IMG/VR virus record: IMGVR_UViG_3300027608_000011
From: a virus
Taxonomy: Duplodnaviria; Heunggongvirae; Uroviricota; Caudoviricetes
Length of the DNA: 64,000 nt
Direction: 5' to 3' (one strand)
Part shown: positions 28,071 to 37,628 of the stretch, piece after piece
Layout: the number at the start of each line of letters is the position of its first letter
Position numbering within the stretch: position 1 is the stretch's first letter
Program-made: the position numbers and the translations under genes
Notes under the pieces: model-generated
Databases searched by the model: none
Told to the model about the DNA's origin: nothing
Seen by the model: the letters and a program-made list of their open reading frames with translations, nothing else

Positions 28071-30062
28071 ATGTTTAAAAAAAGTTTAATTGCACTTACT
28101 ATAGGAACGATGTTCAGCCCTGTTTACTCCCAAACAGTAGAACAAACAATGAATGTAAATGCCTATAGCCTAGTAGGTGTGCAAGACGCATGGGCTAGAG
28201 GCTTTACTGGTAAAGGTCAACGAATTGGTATTCTAGACACCGGCGTTGATTTGAAGAATAAAGATTTAGGATCAAAAGTAGTTTCAGCAAGTGGACTATA
28301 CTCTGGTATATATGCTGATGATATTCGAGGCCACGGAACTTATATGGCTAGTATTGCGGCAGGCGCAAAAAATAATGTTGGTATTGTAGGTGTGGCGTAT
28401 GATGCTAATATTATATCTTACAAAGCAGGAATTGGTCAAAATATCTACGAGAATGGCGTCCAAAAAGGCTTGAAGTATTTGGCCGACAGAAGTGCTGGTG
28501 TAATTAATATGAGCTTGGGTACTAGTATACAGTCTTATAATTTTAAGAATTATTATACTGACTTGGGCAATGGTGTATATAAAAGTAAATTTGGTAACGA
28601 TGCATATAGGACCATGAACACCACGTTGCCATATATGGCCTATGCTACACAAAAGGGCAGTATCTTAGTTATAGCCGCGGGCAATGATGGGAACCCAGTA
28701 CCGTCTGCACCCGCAAACTTTGTTACATTAACTGGCGGCGACGGCAAATTGATATTAGGTGGCCGAGCATTGGTTGTGGGCGCAGTTAATGACTTGGGTC
28801 AGATTGCTCCATGGAGCAATAAGGCTGGTAGTATTTGTAACCAATTTATTAACAGTGTATGTAAAGACACTTATAAAATCAGTGACTTTTATATTCTAGC
28901 TCCAGGAGCAAGTATTAGTGCTTCCCAAAGTGGTAGCATACAGGCAGTAAATAGAGTAAGTGGTACCAGTCCTGCAACTGCGGTCGTGTCGGGCGGAGTA
29001 GCAATACTTAAACAAGCATGGCCTACGTTAAAGCCAGAACAAATTGTTCAACTGTTAACAACAACTGCAAACAAAAACATACCCGGATACGATCCTAAGA
29101 TATATGGACAAGGTATTATGGATCTTAATAAAGCAACTATGCCTCAGGGCACACTGGCATTGTCAAGTAAAACAGGCTTGGCCCAAAGCAATACCCAGTT
29201 GACTACTGGTATGGTTACTGGAGCATTGGGTGCATTAACTACCACTAGCATTATGAATAATGCCCAGTTTGTTGATAATTATGGAAGAAACTATGCTTTA
29301 GATATGAGCAAAGTAATGGTTAATAATCTTACGAACTTTAATCAGAATTTTACTTACATGGGTCTTAGTACTGCACAGGCCAATTACGGCGGCTTTAAAG
29401 CAGGATCAGTCGGTTACGAATTCTCGCAAAGCTATGATGGTTTTGCTACACGACAAAAATTAGATACTAAGTTTGGATGGGTTGGTGTGGAAGCAGGATC
29501 AGTTACTGAGAGCAACGGTGTTTTGGGCTCACAGGGCGCAGGTGCATTTAATCCAGGTACTGCATCAACTTCGTTCTATGGTGTTAGTGCTGGATATAAT
29601 TTACAGGATCAAACTGAATTATACGGAGGCATGTCTTTTGGTAAAACAAATGCAAAAGCCTCAGCTGACGGATTAATCTCAGGTTACAGTAATATTCAAA
29701 CAATGAGTTACCATATGGGATACAAAACTAATTTGAATTTTGTAAATAAAGATACCTTGGATTTTAAATTTACTGTTCTTCCGTTTGTTACTAAAGGACA
29801 TGCCACAGTTAGTGCTACTACAGGTTACACTTATACAGAAGACAGTGACGGCAATACTTCAGCAACACCTATTAATACTACAGATAACGTAAGTCTTAAA
29901 ACATCGTATAGACAAATGGCAACAACTATGAGCTATAGCGCACCGCTTAGATTGTTTGCCAAAGATGATCGTGCAATTATTAGTTTTAGCACGATATTTG
30001 ATAATCAAGGCTCTAAATCAGTTACCCCAGTGGCATACGTTGGATATCAATCACGTTTTTAA
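28071..30062 (+). CDS. secreted subtilisin-like (S8) serine protease with C-terminal beta-barrel-like domain ending in Phe
   Basis: signal peptide; catalytic blocks GILDTGVD, HGTYMASIAAG, SGTSPATAVVSG; terminal ...YQSRF. Confidence 0.8.
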   Translation: MFKKSLIALTIGTMFSPVYSQTVEQTMNVNAYSLVGVQDAWARGFTGKGQRIGILDTGVDLKNKDLGSKVVSASGLYSGIYADDIRGHGTYMASIAAGAKNNVGIVGVAYDANIISYKAGIGQNIYENGVQKGLKYLADRSAGVINMSLGTSIQSYNFKNYYTDLGNGVYKSKFGNDAYRTMNTTLPYMAYATQKGSILVIAAGNDGNPVPSAPANFVTLTGGDGKLILGGRALVVGAVNDLGQIAPWSNKAGSICNQFINSVCKDTYKISDFYILAPGASISASQSGSIQAVNRVSGTSPATAVVSGGVAILKQAWPTLKPEQIVQLLTTTANKNIPGYDPKIYGQGIMDLNKATMPQGTLALSSKTGLAQSNTQLTTGMVTGALGALTTTSIMNNAQFVDNYGRNYALDMSKVMVNNLTNFNQNFTYMGLSTAQANYGGFKAGSVGYEFSQSYDGFATRQKLDTKFGWVGVEAGSVTESNGVLGSQGAGAFNPGTASTSFYGVSAGYNLQDQTELYGGMSFGKTNAKASADGLISGYSNIQTMSYHMGYKTNLNFVNKDTLDFKFTVLPFVTKGHATVSATTGYTYTEDSDGNTSATPINTTDNVSLKTSYRQMATTMSYSAPLRLFAKDDRAIISFSTIFDNQGSKSVTPVAYVGYQSRF

Positions 30063-30113
30063 TGGTTGCAAATTATTGCAATATATAGTATAATACATTT
30101 TTAAGGAATTAAT

Positions 30114-30338
30114 ATGACATGCAGAGGATATGACCCCAAGGCAATGAAATTGCCAAGCCAATACAAAATTAGAGGCCGAGATTTCAAAGACATGATGCTT
30201 GAAGCGATTAGATATGCTGAAGGAACAAAATACCTTGCTAATGATAAGAAAAAAGATCGTAACCGCGGCCAAGGCAAAAGAGAAGGAACAAGTTATACTA
30301 ACCATGGCGGCAATGCCGCAACTCCAACACAGGGTTAA
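30114..30338 (+). CDS. small basic hypothetical protein (74 aa)
   Basis: ORF with SD. Confidence 0.4.
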   Translation: MTCRGYDPKAMKLPSQYKIRGRDFKDMMLEAIRYAEGTKYLANDKKKDRNRGQGKREGTSYTNHGGNAATPTQG

Positions 30339-30340
30339 CA

Positions 30341-30538
30341 ATGAGTGACCCATTAGACGAAGCTGATCACTTAGCCAATTTATTTCTCGAGAAGGCTCTT
30401 GCCAAAAAGAAAATTGCGCCAGAGAAGACGGGATTTTGTTTGTATTGCGAAGAGCCAACACCTGGTGTTTTCTGCTCGAAAGAATGCAGAGAAGATCACG
30501 AACGGATTGAACGAGTAAAAGCTATCCAAGGAACATAA
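30341..30538 (+). CDS. TraR/DksA-like C4 zinc-finger protein (65 aa)
   Basis: CLYCEEP...FCSKEC after a helical N-terminus. Confidence 0.45.
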   Translation: MSDPLDEADHLANLFLEKALAKKKIAPEKTGFCLYCEEPTPGVFCSKECREDHERIERVKAIQGT

Positions 30539-30759
30539 TGTATAAAACTGTTTACACCGAAGTTGAAGTAGACGTAGAGTTGAGCGATTTTGAAACAGAT
30601 GATCTAATTGAAGAATTGGAAAGTCGCGGCGCTGGTACTACTGAATATGGCGATGGCAAAGAAGTGCTACAAGCAATTTACGAAAAACGCAGAGCGGGTA
30701 AAGATTATCAAATGGATTTAGATCAACTTATTTGGTTAGGACTAGGACGTATTGTATGA
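30538..30759 (+). CDS. small acidic hypothetical protein
   Basis: ORF, ATGA overlaps with neighbours. Confidence 0.4.
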   Translation: MYKTVYTEVEVDVELSDFETDDLIEELESRGAGTTEYGDGKEVLQAIYEKRRAGKDYQMDLDQLIWLGLGRIV

Positions 30760-31010
30760 GCAAAGCTAAACACAAACCACATCAATGGATCGACGGCGAA
30801 ACTGCGGATCGCATCACCAGTCTTAATCTAAAAGACTATCGTGCGTATCTCAAGAAAGAGATCAAGCAGTGGAAGAAGAATCCAAAGAGCAATGCTAACC
30901 CTAAAGGCACATGGATGCATCCTGAAGATGTGGGACTTAATATGCAGACCATTGCGGCACTGGATTTGATTATCAGTCACTTTCCAGAAACACAGGATGA
31001 AATAAAATGA
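30756..31010 (+). CDS. small hypothetical protein
   Basis: start at ATG overlapping upstream stop (ATGA). Confidence 0.4.
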   Translation: MSKAKHKPHQWIDGETADRITSLNLKDYRAYLKKEIKQWKKNPKSNANPKGTWMHPEDVGLNMQTIAALDLIISHFPETQDEIK

Positions 31011-31450
31011 TTAGAGAATTTATCAATATTGTAGAATCCCTTGATAAGGGCATTACCGATGCATGGTTTAAAGACGGTGGATTTAAAACCTACAAGCGAC
31101 CAGCAAAAGAAAAATATGAGATTGCAGACAAACCTGGCACCATTGAAACACTGGAAGGGCCAGTTAAGTATCCTGCAGGCTACTATATTATGACCGGGCC
31201 AAAAGGAGAACAATATCCTATTACTCCTGAAAAGTTTGCAGATCTTAAAGATGATTTAGGTAACGGTGTTTGTACACCAAAAAAGATCATTAAATTTGCT
31301 AAGTTAGCAGATCATTCAGGATCAGTTGACACCAGCTGGGGTGAAAAGTTAAACTACAATCCCGGCGAAGATGTTATTGTGCGCCATGGCGAAAATGACT
31401 ACGGTGTTGTAAAGAAAGATATCTTTGCACAAACCTACGAGAAAATGTAA
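31007..31450 (+). CDS. hypothetical protein (147 aa)
   Basis: ORF. Confidence 0.45.
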   Translation: MIREFINIVESLDKGITDAWFKDGGFKTYKRPAKEKYEIADKPGTIETLEGPVKYPAGYYIMTGPKGEQYPITPEKFADLKDDLGNGVCTPKKIIKFAKLADHSGSVDTSWGEKLNYNPGEDVIVRHGENDYGVVKKDIFAQTYEKM

Positions 31451-31626
31451 TGATTAGACTCTGGCTAGTATTTGCTATCCTTGCCTTACTGATCCATCTT
31501 GGTATCACTGCCTGGAGAAAGATGGAAGGCAAGGAACGTTGGACATTGACAAAGTCTGTTGCGTATAGCATAATTGTCGCATCACTAACTATTTTAGTGA
31601 TGACTGTAATCGTAATTTTATTTTAA
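31450..31626 (+). CDS. small membrane protein (58 aa, below ORF-track cutoff)
   Basis: ATGA overlap start; two hydrophobic helices. Confidence 0.35.
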   Translation: MIRLWLVFAILALLIHLGITAWRKMEGKERWTLTKSVAYSIIVASLTILVMTVIVILF

Positions 31627-31634
31627 GGAAACAC

Positions 31635-32435
31635 ATGAAACGTATTTTGACTCTCTCCGTTCTTGCCGCGGCTGTGCTGGCAACAGGTTGTACTCGTATT
31701 GAAACTGGTGAAGTTGGTGTGCGAGTTGGATTCGACAAACAGGTTCAAAGTGGTGAACTGTTGCCCGGCTCATTCAATCAAAGTATTATTGGTGAAGTGT
31801 TAACTTTTCCAATCAAAGACGTCAATGTCACACTCAACGACATGACTCCAGTTGCCAAAGACAACTCGACCATGAAAGACTTTGATGCTGTGGTTGTCTA
31901 CAACATCAATCCTCAGCAAGTGAGTGAATTGTATGCAACAAAGAACAAGAGTTTCCACGCTGAGTTCAAAGGCGATACCTATGTGATGTACAACTACATT
32001 GTTCAGAACGCTCGTAACGCTATCTACAAAGCCGCTCGCAAGTACGAAGCCCTGGACATGGCAGATGCTCGTAGCGACATGGAAAACTTTATCAAGGAAG
32101 AAATTGTTCGCAATCTTGCTGAGGAAAAGTTGGACGGCAGTATCAGTATTAGTCAAGTGCTAATCCGTAATATTGTGCCAGCTGACAGTGTGGTAGCAAG
32201 TGCTAACGAATTGGTCAAGGCCAAAAACGAATTCAAGACTGAAGAAGTCAAAGTTGCTACTGCCCGTAAACGTAACGAAAGTATGCAGGCCAACCCAATG
32301 GCAATTCCTTTGCTGATGGCAGAAGCTCAAGCAGAAGCCATGCGTAAGTTGCCAGATGCTATTGCCAACTTCAAGGGCCAGACACTGGTCATCAACGGTG
32401 TTGTGACTCCTACTGTACAAACCAACGGTAAGTAA
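31635..32435 (+). CDS. SPFH/band-7 (HflK/C-like) domain lipoprotein
   Basis: lipobox LATGC; block VLTFPIKDVNVTLNDMTPVAKDNSTMKDFDAVVVYNINP typical of SPFH domains. Confidence 0.55.
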   Translation: MKRILTLSVLAAAVLATGCTRIETGEVGVRVGFDKQVQSGELLPGSFNQSIIGEVLTFPIKDVNVTLNDMTPVAKDNSTMKDFDAVVVYNINPQQVSELYATKNKSFHAEFKGDTYVMYNYIVQNARNAIYKAARKYEALDMADARSDMENFIKEEIVRNLAEEKLDGSISISQVLIRNIVPADSVVASANELVKAKNEFKTEEVKVATARKRNESMQANPMAIPLLMAEAQAEAMRKLPDAIANFKGQTLVINGVVTPTVQTNGK

Positions 32436-32436
32436 T

Positions 32437-32622
32437 ATGCTTTGGACTCTAATACTATTCGCACATGTTGGTATGATGAGTGACAAGGATTCTATGGCGC
32501 TGACTTCGGTGCCAGGATTCCGAAATCAACCAGAATGTTTAGCCGCCGGCAAAGCCGCTGAAAAGATGGCCTCTGGAACAACTAAGGTTATGAAATTTAC
32601 GTGTGTTGAGGTTACTAAATGA
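32437..32622 (+). CDS. small membrane protein (61 aa)
   Basis: ORF. Confidence 0.35.
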   Translation: MLWTLILFAHVGMMSDKDSMALTSVPGFRNQPECLAAGKAAEKMASGTTKVMKFTCVEVTK

Positions 32623-32634
32623 AGGACGATAAAG

Positions 32635-32877
32635 ATGTTTGATTGGTTTAAAAAGCCTGCCTATGCTAACGTAGTTCCAATTTTTCCAGATCAGGTTACA
32701 TACGTTGAACCGCCAAAGGCAGAAGAACTTCATTATAGTATTGGCATAACCAGTGAAGACAGGATAGCTTTAAAAATAGGCTATACTACACTTACTATGA
32801 ATCGAAAAGGCGTTGAACATTTAATTCAACAGCTATCTGTATTCCGTGATCAACTTGACGAAGAGGATGAAAAATGA
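32635..32877 (+). CDS. hypothetical protein (80 aa)
   Basis: ORF. Confidence 0.4.
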   Translation: MFDWFKKPAYANVVPIFPDQVTYVEPPKAEELHYSIGITSEDRIALKIGYTTLTMNRKGVEHLIQQLSVFRDQLDEEDEK

Positions 32878-33455
32878 AACAAGAACTAGATAAACTGTTG
32901 TGTGAGAAGTATCCAAAGATGATGGTCAACCGTAACAAGTCCATGATGGAAACTTGTATGTGTTGGGGTTTTAGTTGCGGCGATGGCTGGTTCAATATTC
33001 TGGACCAGCTCATGGGTAATATCCAACATCACATTGATTGGAAAGAGAAACAACGCACGTGGGCTAAAGAATATAATGAAATGGCCGCACAGGCCAAAGC
33101 CGGCAATTTTGATTTGTTTGAAGAAACTACAAAGGCTCAACCCAATGACAAGTATAAAGAACAACGCCTGGCGGAAATTGTTGCCGGAGACTTTAGAGAA
33201 GTACCCGAGTCCATTCCACAAGTGACCTTGGACCAAGTTAAAGAAAAGTTCGGTACACTGAGATTTTATTACTCGGGTGGTGATGACTATATCAGCGGAA
33301 TGGTTAGTCTAGCAGAAAGCATGACAGCAGTTACTTGCGAAGGTTGTGGAAATCCCGGCAAAAGTCGAGGTGGTGGATGGATTCATACTTACTGTGATCC
33401 TTGCGAAGAAGCACGTAACCAAGAATATAAAAAGGAAATTGAAGATGTTGCTTAA
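32874..33455 (+). CDS. hypothetical Cys-rich protein, paralog of 34531..34947
   Basis: shared blocks DGWFNILDQL / DGWYDIVDQL and LRFYYSGGD / LRVYWSGGD. Confidence 0.5.
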   Translation: MKQELDKLLCEKYPKMMVNRNKSMMETCMCWGFSCGDGWFNILDQLMGNIQHHIDWKEKQRTWAKEYNEMAAQAKAGNFDLFEETTKAQPNDKYKEQRLAEIVAGDFREVPESIPQVTLDQVKEKFGTLRFYYSGGDDYISGMVSLAESMTAVTCEGCGNPGKSRGGGWIHTYCDPCEEARNQEYKKEIEDVA

Positions 33456-33645
33456 CGGAAAACTTGTACTTTTAGCAAGTTCCATTTTTGCTATATTGAT
33501 ACTTGCAGGAAGTATAGTATTTTTATATCCGTCAGTTGGATATCGTGTATATTACAACTGTGACATATCAGAGATTAGTCCTGACTATCCCATGGAAGTT
33601 AAAGAAAAATGTCGTCAACTTCGACTCCACAAACACCTACTGTAA
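33445..33645 (+). CDS. small membrane protein (66 aa)
   Basis: SD AAAAGGAAA; hydrophobic N-terminus. Confidence 0.35.
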   Translation: MLLNGKLVLLASSIFAILILAGSIVFLYPSVGYRVYYNCDISEISPDYPMEVKEKCRQLRLHKHLL

Positions 33646-33836
33646 TAAAAGTGATATTATATTGGGATGATATTACAGTATCATGGGATCATACTGTAGA
33701 TCGAATTATTGCCTGTTTCGGCCTGCCCGGAGGTAAGTACACTACAGAGGTAAGTCAAGTTGGCGACTGGATGTCGTTTAATTTTTCAGATCCTAAAGAT
33801 GCTCTTGTAGCTAAATTAATGGTAGGTGGCGTATGA
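33609..33836 (+). CDS. small protein, tandem paralog A (ends PKDALVAKLMVGGV)
   Basis: conserved C-terminus shared with the next ORF. Confidence 0.45.
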   Translation: MSSTSTPQTPTVIKVILYWDDITVSWDHTVDRIIACFGLPGGKYTTEVSQVGDWMSFNFSDPKDALVAKLMVGGV

Positions 33837-34072
33837 CTTTAGAAGAAGAAGTTTTACAAAACGCAGTCCAAGCAGTAGTAAAACAAATAGATTTTAATGT
33901 GCTGGCAGATGCACTAGGCTGGACTAGAGTTGAATTAGTCAAAGTTAGTAATGATACATTAGAATGGTTTGACGATAATTGTCAAGGCGAATATCGTTAT
34001 CATCGTGACACTTTTATTTTTGAAAATCCCAAGGATGCTCTTATCGCTAAATTAATGTTAGGAGCAGTATGA
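33833..34072 (+). CDS. small protein, tandem paralog B (ends PKDALIAKLMLGAV)
   Basis: ATGA overlap; shared C-terminal motif. Confidence 0.45.
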   Translation: MTLEEEVLQNAVQAVVKQIDFNVLADALGWTRVELVKVSNDTLEWFDDNCQGEYRYHRDTFIFENPKDALIAKLMLGAV

Positions 34073-34305
34073 AAGAGTTAGAATTTACACAAGATAAATT
34101 TACAGTGAAGTGGATGGCACATTCAATTCCTATGCTGGTGTTTTATCATGCGGATGGCACAGATACTAGAATTGCGATGAACAAAAGAGATCTGCAAAAA
34201 GTAGGCAAAGAACTTTATGAGTTTATTAAATTTTATGAAGAAGATTTTAGTCCAAAAAATATTGATAAGTCGCTAACACAACAGGACTTTGAAGATGATA
34301 TGTGA
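34069..34305 (+). CDS. small hypothetical protein
   Basis: ORF. Confidence 0.4.
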   Translation: MKELEFTQDKFTVKWMAHSIPMLVFYHADGTDTRIAMNKRDLQKVGKELYEFIKFYEEDFSPKNIDKSLTQQDFEDDM

Positions 34306-34534
34306 ACTATCGGATGTTGAGATTATATCAGCTGAAGTAGCTGGTATGCAAGTTGACTACGAAATATTCAATCCCACATTCTTAGCTGTTAAGAACAATG
34401 AAATAGCAGAAGAAATTTTAAAATCTAATATGGGTATACGAGTACAAAAATTACCTTATACTATCGACAAATGTTCTTGCCTTGTGTTCGAGCATCAAGA
34501 AGATGCATTAATGGTATACCTAAGGTATAAATGA
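34289..34534 (+). CDS. small hypothetical protein
   Basis: ORF. Confidence 0.4.
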   Translation: MKMICELSDVEIISAEVAGMQVDYEIFNPTFLAVKNNEIAEEILKSNMGIRVQKLPYTIDKCSCLVFEHQEDALMVYLRYK

Positions 34535-34947
34535 AACAAGATTTAATTAAAGAGTTATATACGAAGTATCCAGATATGTTTCGTATTAGTAAAGATCACG
34601 AAGGGTTCATTAGACCTGCAAAGATATTATGTGATGATGGATGGTACGATATTGTTGATCAGTTGTGTTGGACGATTAGTCATTACGTAGACTACAAAAA
34701 TAACTACACCAATGAGCCAGTAAGCCCAGTGGTCTTTTCACTTATACGAGAAAAGATCGGTGGACTAAGAGTATATTGGTCTGGCGGTGACCTTTATGTT
34801 AGAGGCGTAATAGATATGGCTTGTAATATGTCTACCAAGGTCTGCGAAATATCTGGCAGACCTGGAGACTTATACGCTAAAAATGGCTGGTACAAAAGTG
34901 TTGCACACGATATGTACGAAGAGTTAGGCTTTCAAAAAGACGAATAA
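34531..34947 (+). CDS. hypothetical protein, paralog of 32874..33455
   Basis: shared sequence blocks. Confidence 0.5.
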   Translation: MKQDLIKELYTKYPDMFRISKDHEGFIRPAKILCDDGWYDIVDQLCWTISHYVDYKNNYTNEPVSPVVFSLIREKIGGLRVYWSGGDLYVRGVIDMACNMSTKVCEISGRPGDLYAKNGWYKSVAHDMYEELGFQKDE

Positions 34948-35544
34948 TCAATCTGGATTATCGAAATTCGTTTTTGGCGCTCTCATTTTACTTGGGGCAC
35001 CTGTTGCAATTACATCCCCAGTCGCTGGCGCTCCAAAGCCTGGATTGCCGTTAAAGCTACTTGGCGCTGAAGGTGCGCTTCCAAACCCGCTTCCGCCAAA
35101 GCTACTTGGTGCTGTTGCAATTGGTGTTGTGCCCCAGCTTGGTGCTGGTGCACCACTACCGCTGGAAGCACCGAAGCCCCCTGCCTGAGGTTGGCCAAAT
35201 GCTGGTGTCCCGCTCGCAAATCCTGTTGCTGGTGTTTGTGCTCCGCCATTGTTTGCTCCGTTTAGTTTTTCTTGTGTACGACCAAATGCCGCAATACCTA
35301 AAACTGCACCCATTGCAATGTGGAATAATCCAGCGCCTTGCAGGGTCAATGGGTTCCATTGTGTAATAGTAGTATGGGTTACTGTTTGCAGTAAACTCCA
35401 TAGTACTGGGAATACAACCATGTCCATGGTACAGATCAGCATATACATCCAACCCATCATTGGACGCCATTTGCTGTTCATCCAATCTTCTTTTTTTAGT
35501 TCGCTCTCGCTTTTAGTAACTTCTTCTGACATGGGTTTCTCCAT
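34948..35544 (-). CDS. membrane protein with long Gly/Ala/Ser/Pro/Phe-rich (FG-repeat-like) C-terminal tail
   Basis: 198 aa; N-terminal TM helices then low-complexity GFGASSGSGAPAPSWG... tail. Confidence 0.5.
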   Translation of the reverse strand: MEKPMSEEVTKSESELKKEDWMNSKWRPMMGWMYMLICTMDMVVFPVLWSLLQTVTHTTITQWNPLTLQGAGLFHIAMGAVLGIAAFGRTQEKLNGANNGGAQTPATGFASGTPAFGQPQAGGFGASSGSGAPAPSWGTTPIATAPSSFGGSGFGSAPSAPSSFNGNPGFGAPATGDVIATGAPSKMRAPKTNFDNPD

Positions 35545-35576
35545 TTAAATATACAAATATTTATCCAAAATGTCGA

Positions 35577-35605
35577 TTGACAATAAATCCAATTAAATAT
35601 ATAAT
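35577..35605 (+). promoter_or_regulatory. conserved early promoter, copy 1 (TTGACAATAAATCCAATTAAATATATAAT)
   Basis: member of an 8-copy family sharing hexamers and a 17 nt spacer. Confidence 0.6.
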
Positions 35606-35762
35606 ACTTAAACTATGAAGACTACTATTCAAATTGTTATCCCTAGACAGCGCACCCGTGCTCATAAGGTTCTGTTTGACCAAAATTCACCCTTTAAACA
35701 AAAAGTAGTACAATCAAAGGTGCAGTATACTCGCAGGGCTAAACACCCTGGAAAATCTGTCG

Positions 35763-35972
35763 ATGACAACTAAAAAGCAAATTGAGCAAGATATTCATAA
35801 TTATATTGCCCATACGTTAACCAAAAGGACCGGGGGCAACCCCCAACGAAAGATGTTGGCATTAGTGTATGTTGTTGGGTACTTGCAAAGTATATTAGCA
35901 GAATCGTTGTATGAAAATCCTACTTATATTCAGCAAAATTTGCTGGCTAGACTTAAAAAAGACAAAGATTGA
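35763..35972 (+). CDS. small early protein (69 aa)
   Basis: ORF behind promoter copy 1. Confidence 0.45.
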   Translation: MTTKKQIEQDIHNYIAHTLTKRTGGNPQRKMLALVYVVGYLQSILAESLYENPTYIQQNLLARLKKDKD

Positions 35973-35997
35973 CAATAAATCCAATTAATTATATAAT
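35969..35997 (+). promoter_or_regulatory. conserved early promoter, copy 2
   Basis: TTGACAATAAATCCAATTAATTATATAAT. Confidence 0.6.
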
Positions 35998-36039
35998 ATA
36001 CGCATAGTAAGAAATAAGGTTGTTCCAAAAAGACAAAGA

Positions 36040-36068
36040 TTGACATTAAATTGAATTAATTGTATAAT
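36040..36068 (+). promoter_or_regulatory. conserved early promoter, copy 3 (within a 70 bp tandem duplication)
   Basis: TTGACATTAAATTGAATTAATTGTATAAT; downstream ACGCATAGTAAGAAATAAGGTTGTTCCAAAAAG is duplicated at 35998 and 36068. Confidence 0.6.
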
Positions 36069-36089
36069 ATACGCATAGTAAGAAATAAG

Positions 36090-36370
36090 GTTGTTCCAAA
36101 AAGCGAGACACGCGAAAGCAAAAAGTCAAGCAAGGAACATTAAATGGGCAATTGCCCAGCCAATCGTATTAGGGGTTACCAACTCCAGTAGGTAACTTAG
36201 CAAGAGACTAATCTGTGGCCGCACAGACTCTTCTAAGTTACAAGAAACCTTGAGATAATATCAGGAGGACGCTGGAGCAAGTTGGCCTGTAATGTGGTTG
36301 ATAGACAAGTCTGTGGACGACACAGTAGGGCAGGTTCGAAACTGCGATCTCTATCAAACATCCCCTGGTT
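36090..36370 (+). ncRNA. promoter-driven ORF-less transcript (candidate sRNA) containing a tRNA-like fragment
   Basis: no SD or ORF between promoter copies 3 and 4; hairpins CTGTG-GCCG-CACAG and GGTTACC..GGTAAC; acceptor-like TGATAGA/TCTATCA pairing around a GCAGGTTCGAAACTGC T-arm-like hairpin. Confidence 0.35.
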
Positions 36371-36374
36371 TTGG

Positions 36375-36403
36375 TTGACAATTAATCCAATTAATTGTAT
36401 AAT
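36375..36403 (+). promoter_or_regulatory. conserved early promoter, copy 4
   Basis: TTGACAATTAATCCAATTAATTGTATAAT. Confidence 0.6.
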
Positions 36404-36431
36404 ATACACTTACACACTAAGGAGCCCAGCG

Positions 36432-36575
36432 ATGCAATACACATTGATCACCAGCAAGGGCAACATCATGCAATTTTATCTCAAAGAAGTAGCAGATCTG
36501 TATCAAAGCCTACAAGGCGGTGTTGTAATAACACAACAGATTTTGGTTGACAAAACCGTGCCAGTCGTAGTATAA
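36432..36575 (+). CDS. small early protein (47 aa)
   Basis: SD TAAGGAG then ATG; the longer tracked ORF 36282..36575 is a spurious N-terminal extension. Confidence 0.45.
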   Translation: MQYTLITSKGNIMQFYLKEVADLYQSLQGGVVITQQILVDKTVPVVV

Positions 36576-36607
36576 TTAGACATACTGAAACAATCGGAGC
36601 ATAAAAT

Positions 36608-36805
36608 ATGGGTTACAAAGTGTTTGAAAAGTCCGCATACGAGCCCCGTAAAGGGCTGGAAGGCCCATTCCATTACCCCAATGGGCGGGTACTGTACTAT
36701 GACCCTATAGCGGGCAAATACTGGGATCCACGCACCGATTTTTACGTGGAATATGAAGAAGTCCAGGACCTGATGGGCGAGATTTTTGCCCGAATTAGTG
36801 CATAA
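36608..36805 (+). CDS. small early protein (65 aa)
   Basis: SD GGAG. Confidence 0.45.
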   Translation: MGYKVFEKSAYEPRKGLEGPFHYPNGRVLYYDPIAGKYWDPRTDFYVEYEEVQDLMGEIFARISA

Positions 36806-36810
36806 ATTGG

Positions 36811-36839
36811 TTGACATTAAATCCAATTAATTGTATAAT
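36811..36839 (+). promoter_or_regulatory. conserved early promoter, copy 5
   Basis: TTGACATTAAATCCAATTAATTGTATAAT. Confidence 0.6.
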
Positions 36840-36875
36840 ATACACATAGACAGCAACAAACAGGAGTTAAAATTG

Positions 36876-37367
36876 AATTGTTCCCCTACTCTTACAGCCA
36901 ATGAATTTAAGACCATTCACAATGCATTGTGTGATTTGGATTCTGTTACACAATCTTTGGAAGACGTACTGAATAAGGATCTGTATATTAAATTGGCCAA
37001 GGCAACTAGTCAGATCCGCGAAGGCCTGGCCAATGCTTATGAGCAAGACAACAAAAGTTTCGACGAAAAAATGGACCATTACGACAGCGTTCGCACAGAG
37101 CTTGGCCTGACTGCAACCTGGAGTATTTTTGAAATAAACAATTTGTCAGAACGCCATCCATTTGGCGATGTATTGCAGGTCGCATACGTGGATCATTGGG
37201 GCGGCAGTCCAGTGTTTGTTGAAGTAAATGGATCAACATGGGCGGCATTGTATGTTGCGGCCAATGCGGCCATTCGCGACAGTGGCGACGAGCATCACAG
37301 TTTCATTGAAGAATTTAAGCCTAATCCCAAGAACCCGCAACAACTGTTTCTCCATACAGGAAGTTAA
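36876..37367 (+). CDS. early protein (about 164 aa), probable TTG start
   Basis: tracked ORF start 36831 lies inside the promoter -10; SD ACAGGAG at 36863 precedes an in-frame TTG. Confidence 0.45.
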   Translation, partial: NCSPTLTANEFKTIHNALCDLDSVTQSLEDVLNKDLYIKLAKATSQIREGLANAYEQDNKSFDEKMDHYDSVRTELGLTATWSIFEINNLSERHPFGDVLQVAYVDHWGGSPVFVEVNGSTWAALYVAANAAIRDSGDEHHSFIEEFKPNPKNPQQLFLHTGS

Positions 37368-37368
37368 T

Positions 37369-37614
37369 ATGAAAGTAAAAGATCTCATTGCAGAGTTGCA
37401 AGGCTTTGACCAGGACGCAGAAGTCCATTACGAATACTGTTACGGCGACCATTGGCGTACCAATGTAGCCCCAATGGTGCAGAGCATTGACGAGGGCGTT
37501 GTGGAGTACAGTGAGTACCACCGTATGGACAAGATGGCCAACTATGAGGACAGCTACGATGAGGACACGGGCGAGCCCAAAGAAGCCATACGCCGAGTAG
37601 TGGTATTGAGTTAA
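37369..37614 (+). CDS. small early protein (81 aa)
   Basis: SD CAGGAAG then ATG. Confidence 0.45.
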   Translation: MKVKDLIAELQGFDQDAEVHYEYCYGDHWRTNVAPMVQSIDEGVVEYSEYHRMDKMANYEDSYDEDTGEPKEAIRRVVVLS

Positions 37615-37628
37615 CTAAGGACATTGAA

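Noticed and set aside
36300-36372. Possible tRNA at 36300-36372 (GCAGGTTCGAAACTGC T-loop-like hairpin with TGATAGA/TCTATCA acceptor-like pairing)
   Set aside because: No CCA, no anticodon arm, and the T-stem does not pair. Treated only as a tRNA-like fragment inside a candidate sRNA.
36282-36575. Tracked ORFs 36282..36575, 41047..41949, 38211..38525, 37228..37614, 42910..43683, 54666..55013, 50613..51341, 11239..11910 as given
   Set aside because: Their 5' portions run through promoters, tRNAs or upstream genes. Each was trimmed to an internal ATG/TTG that has an SD.
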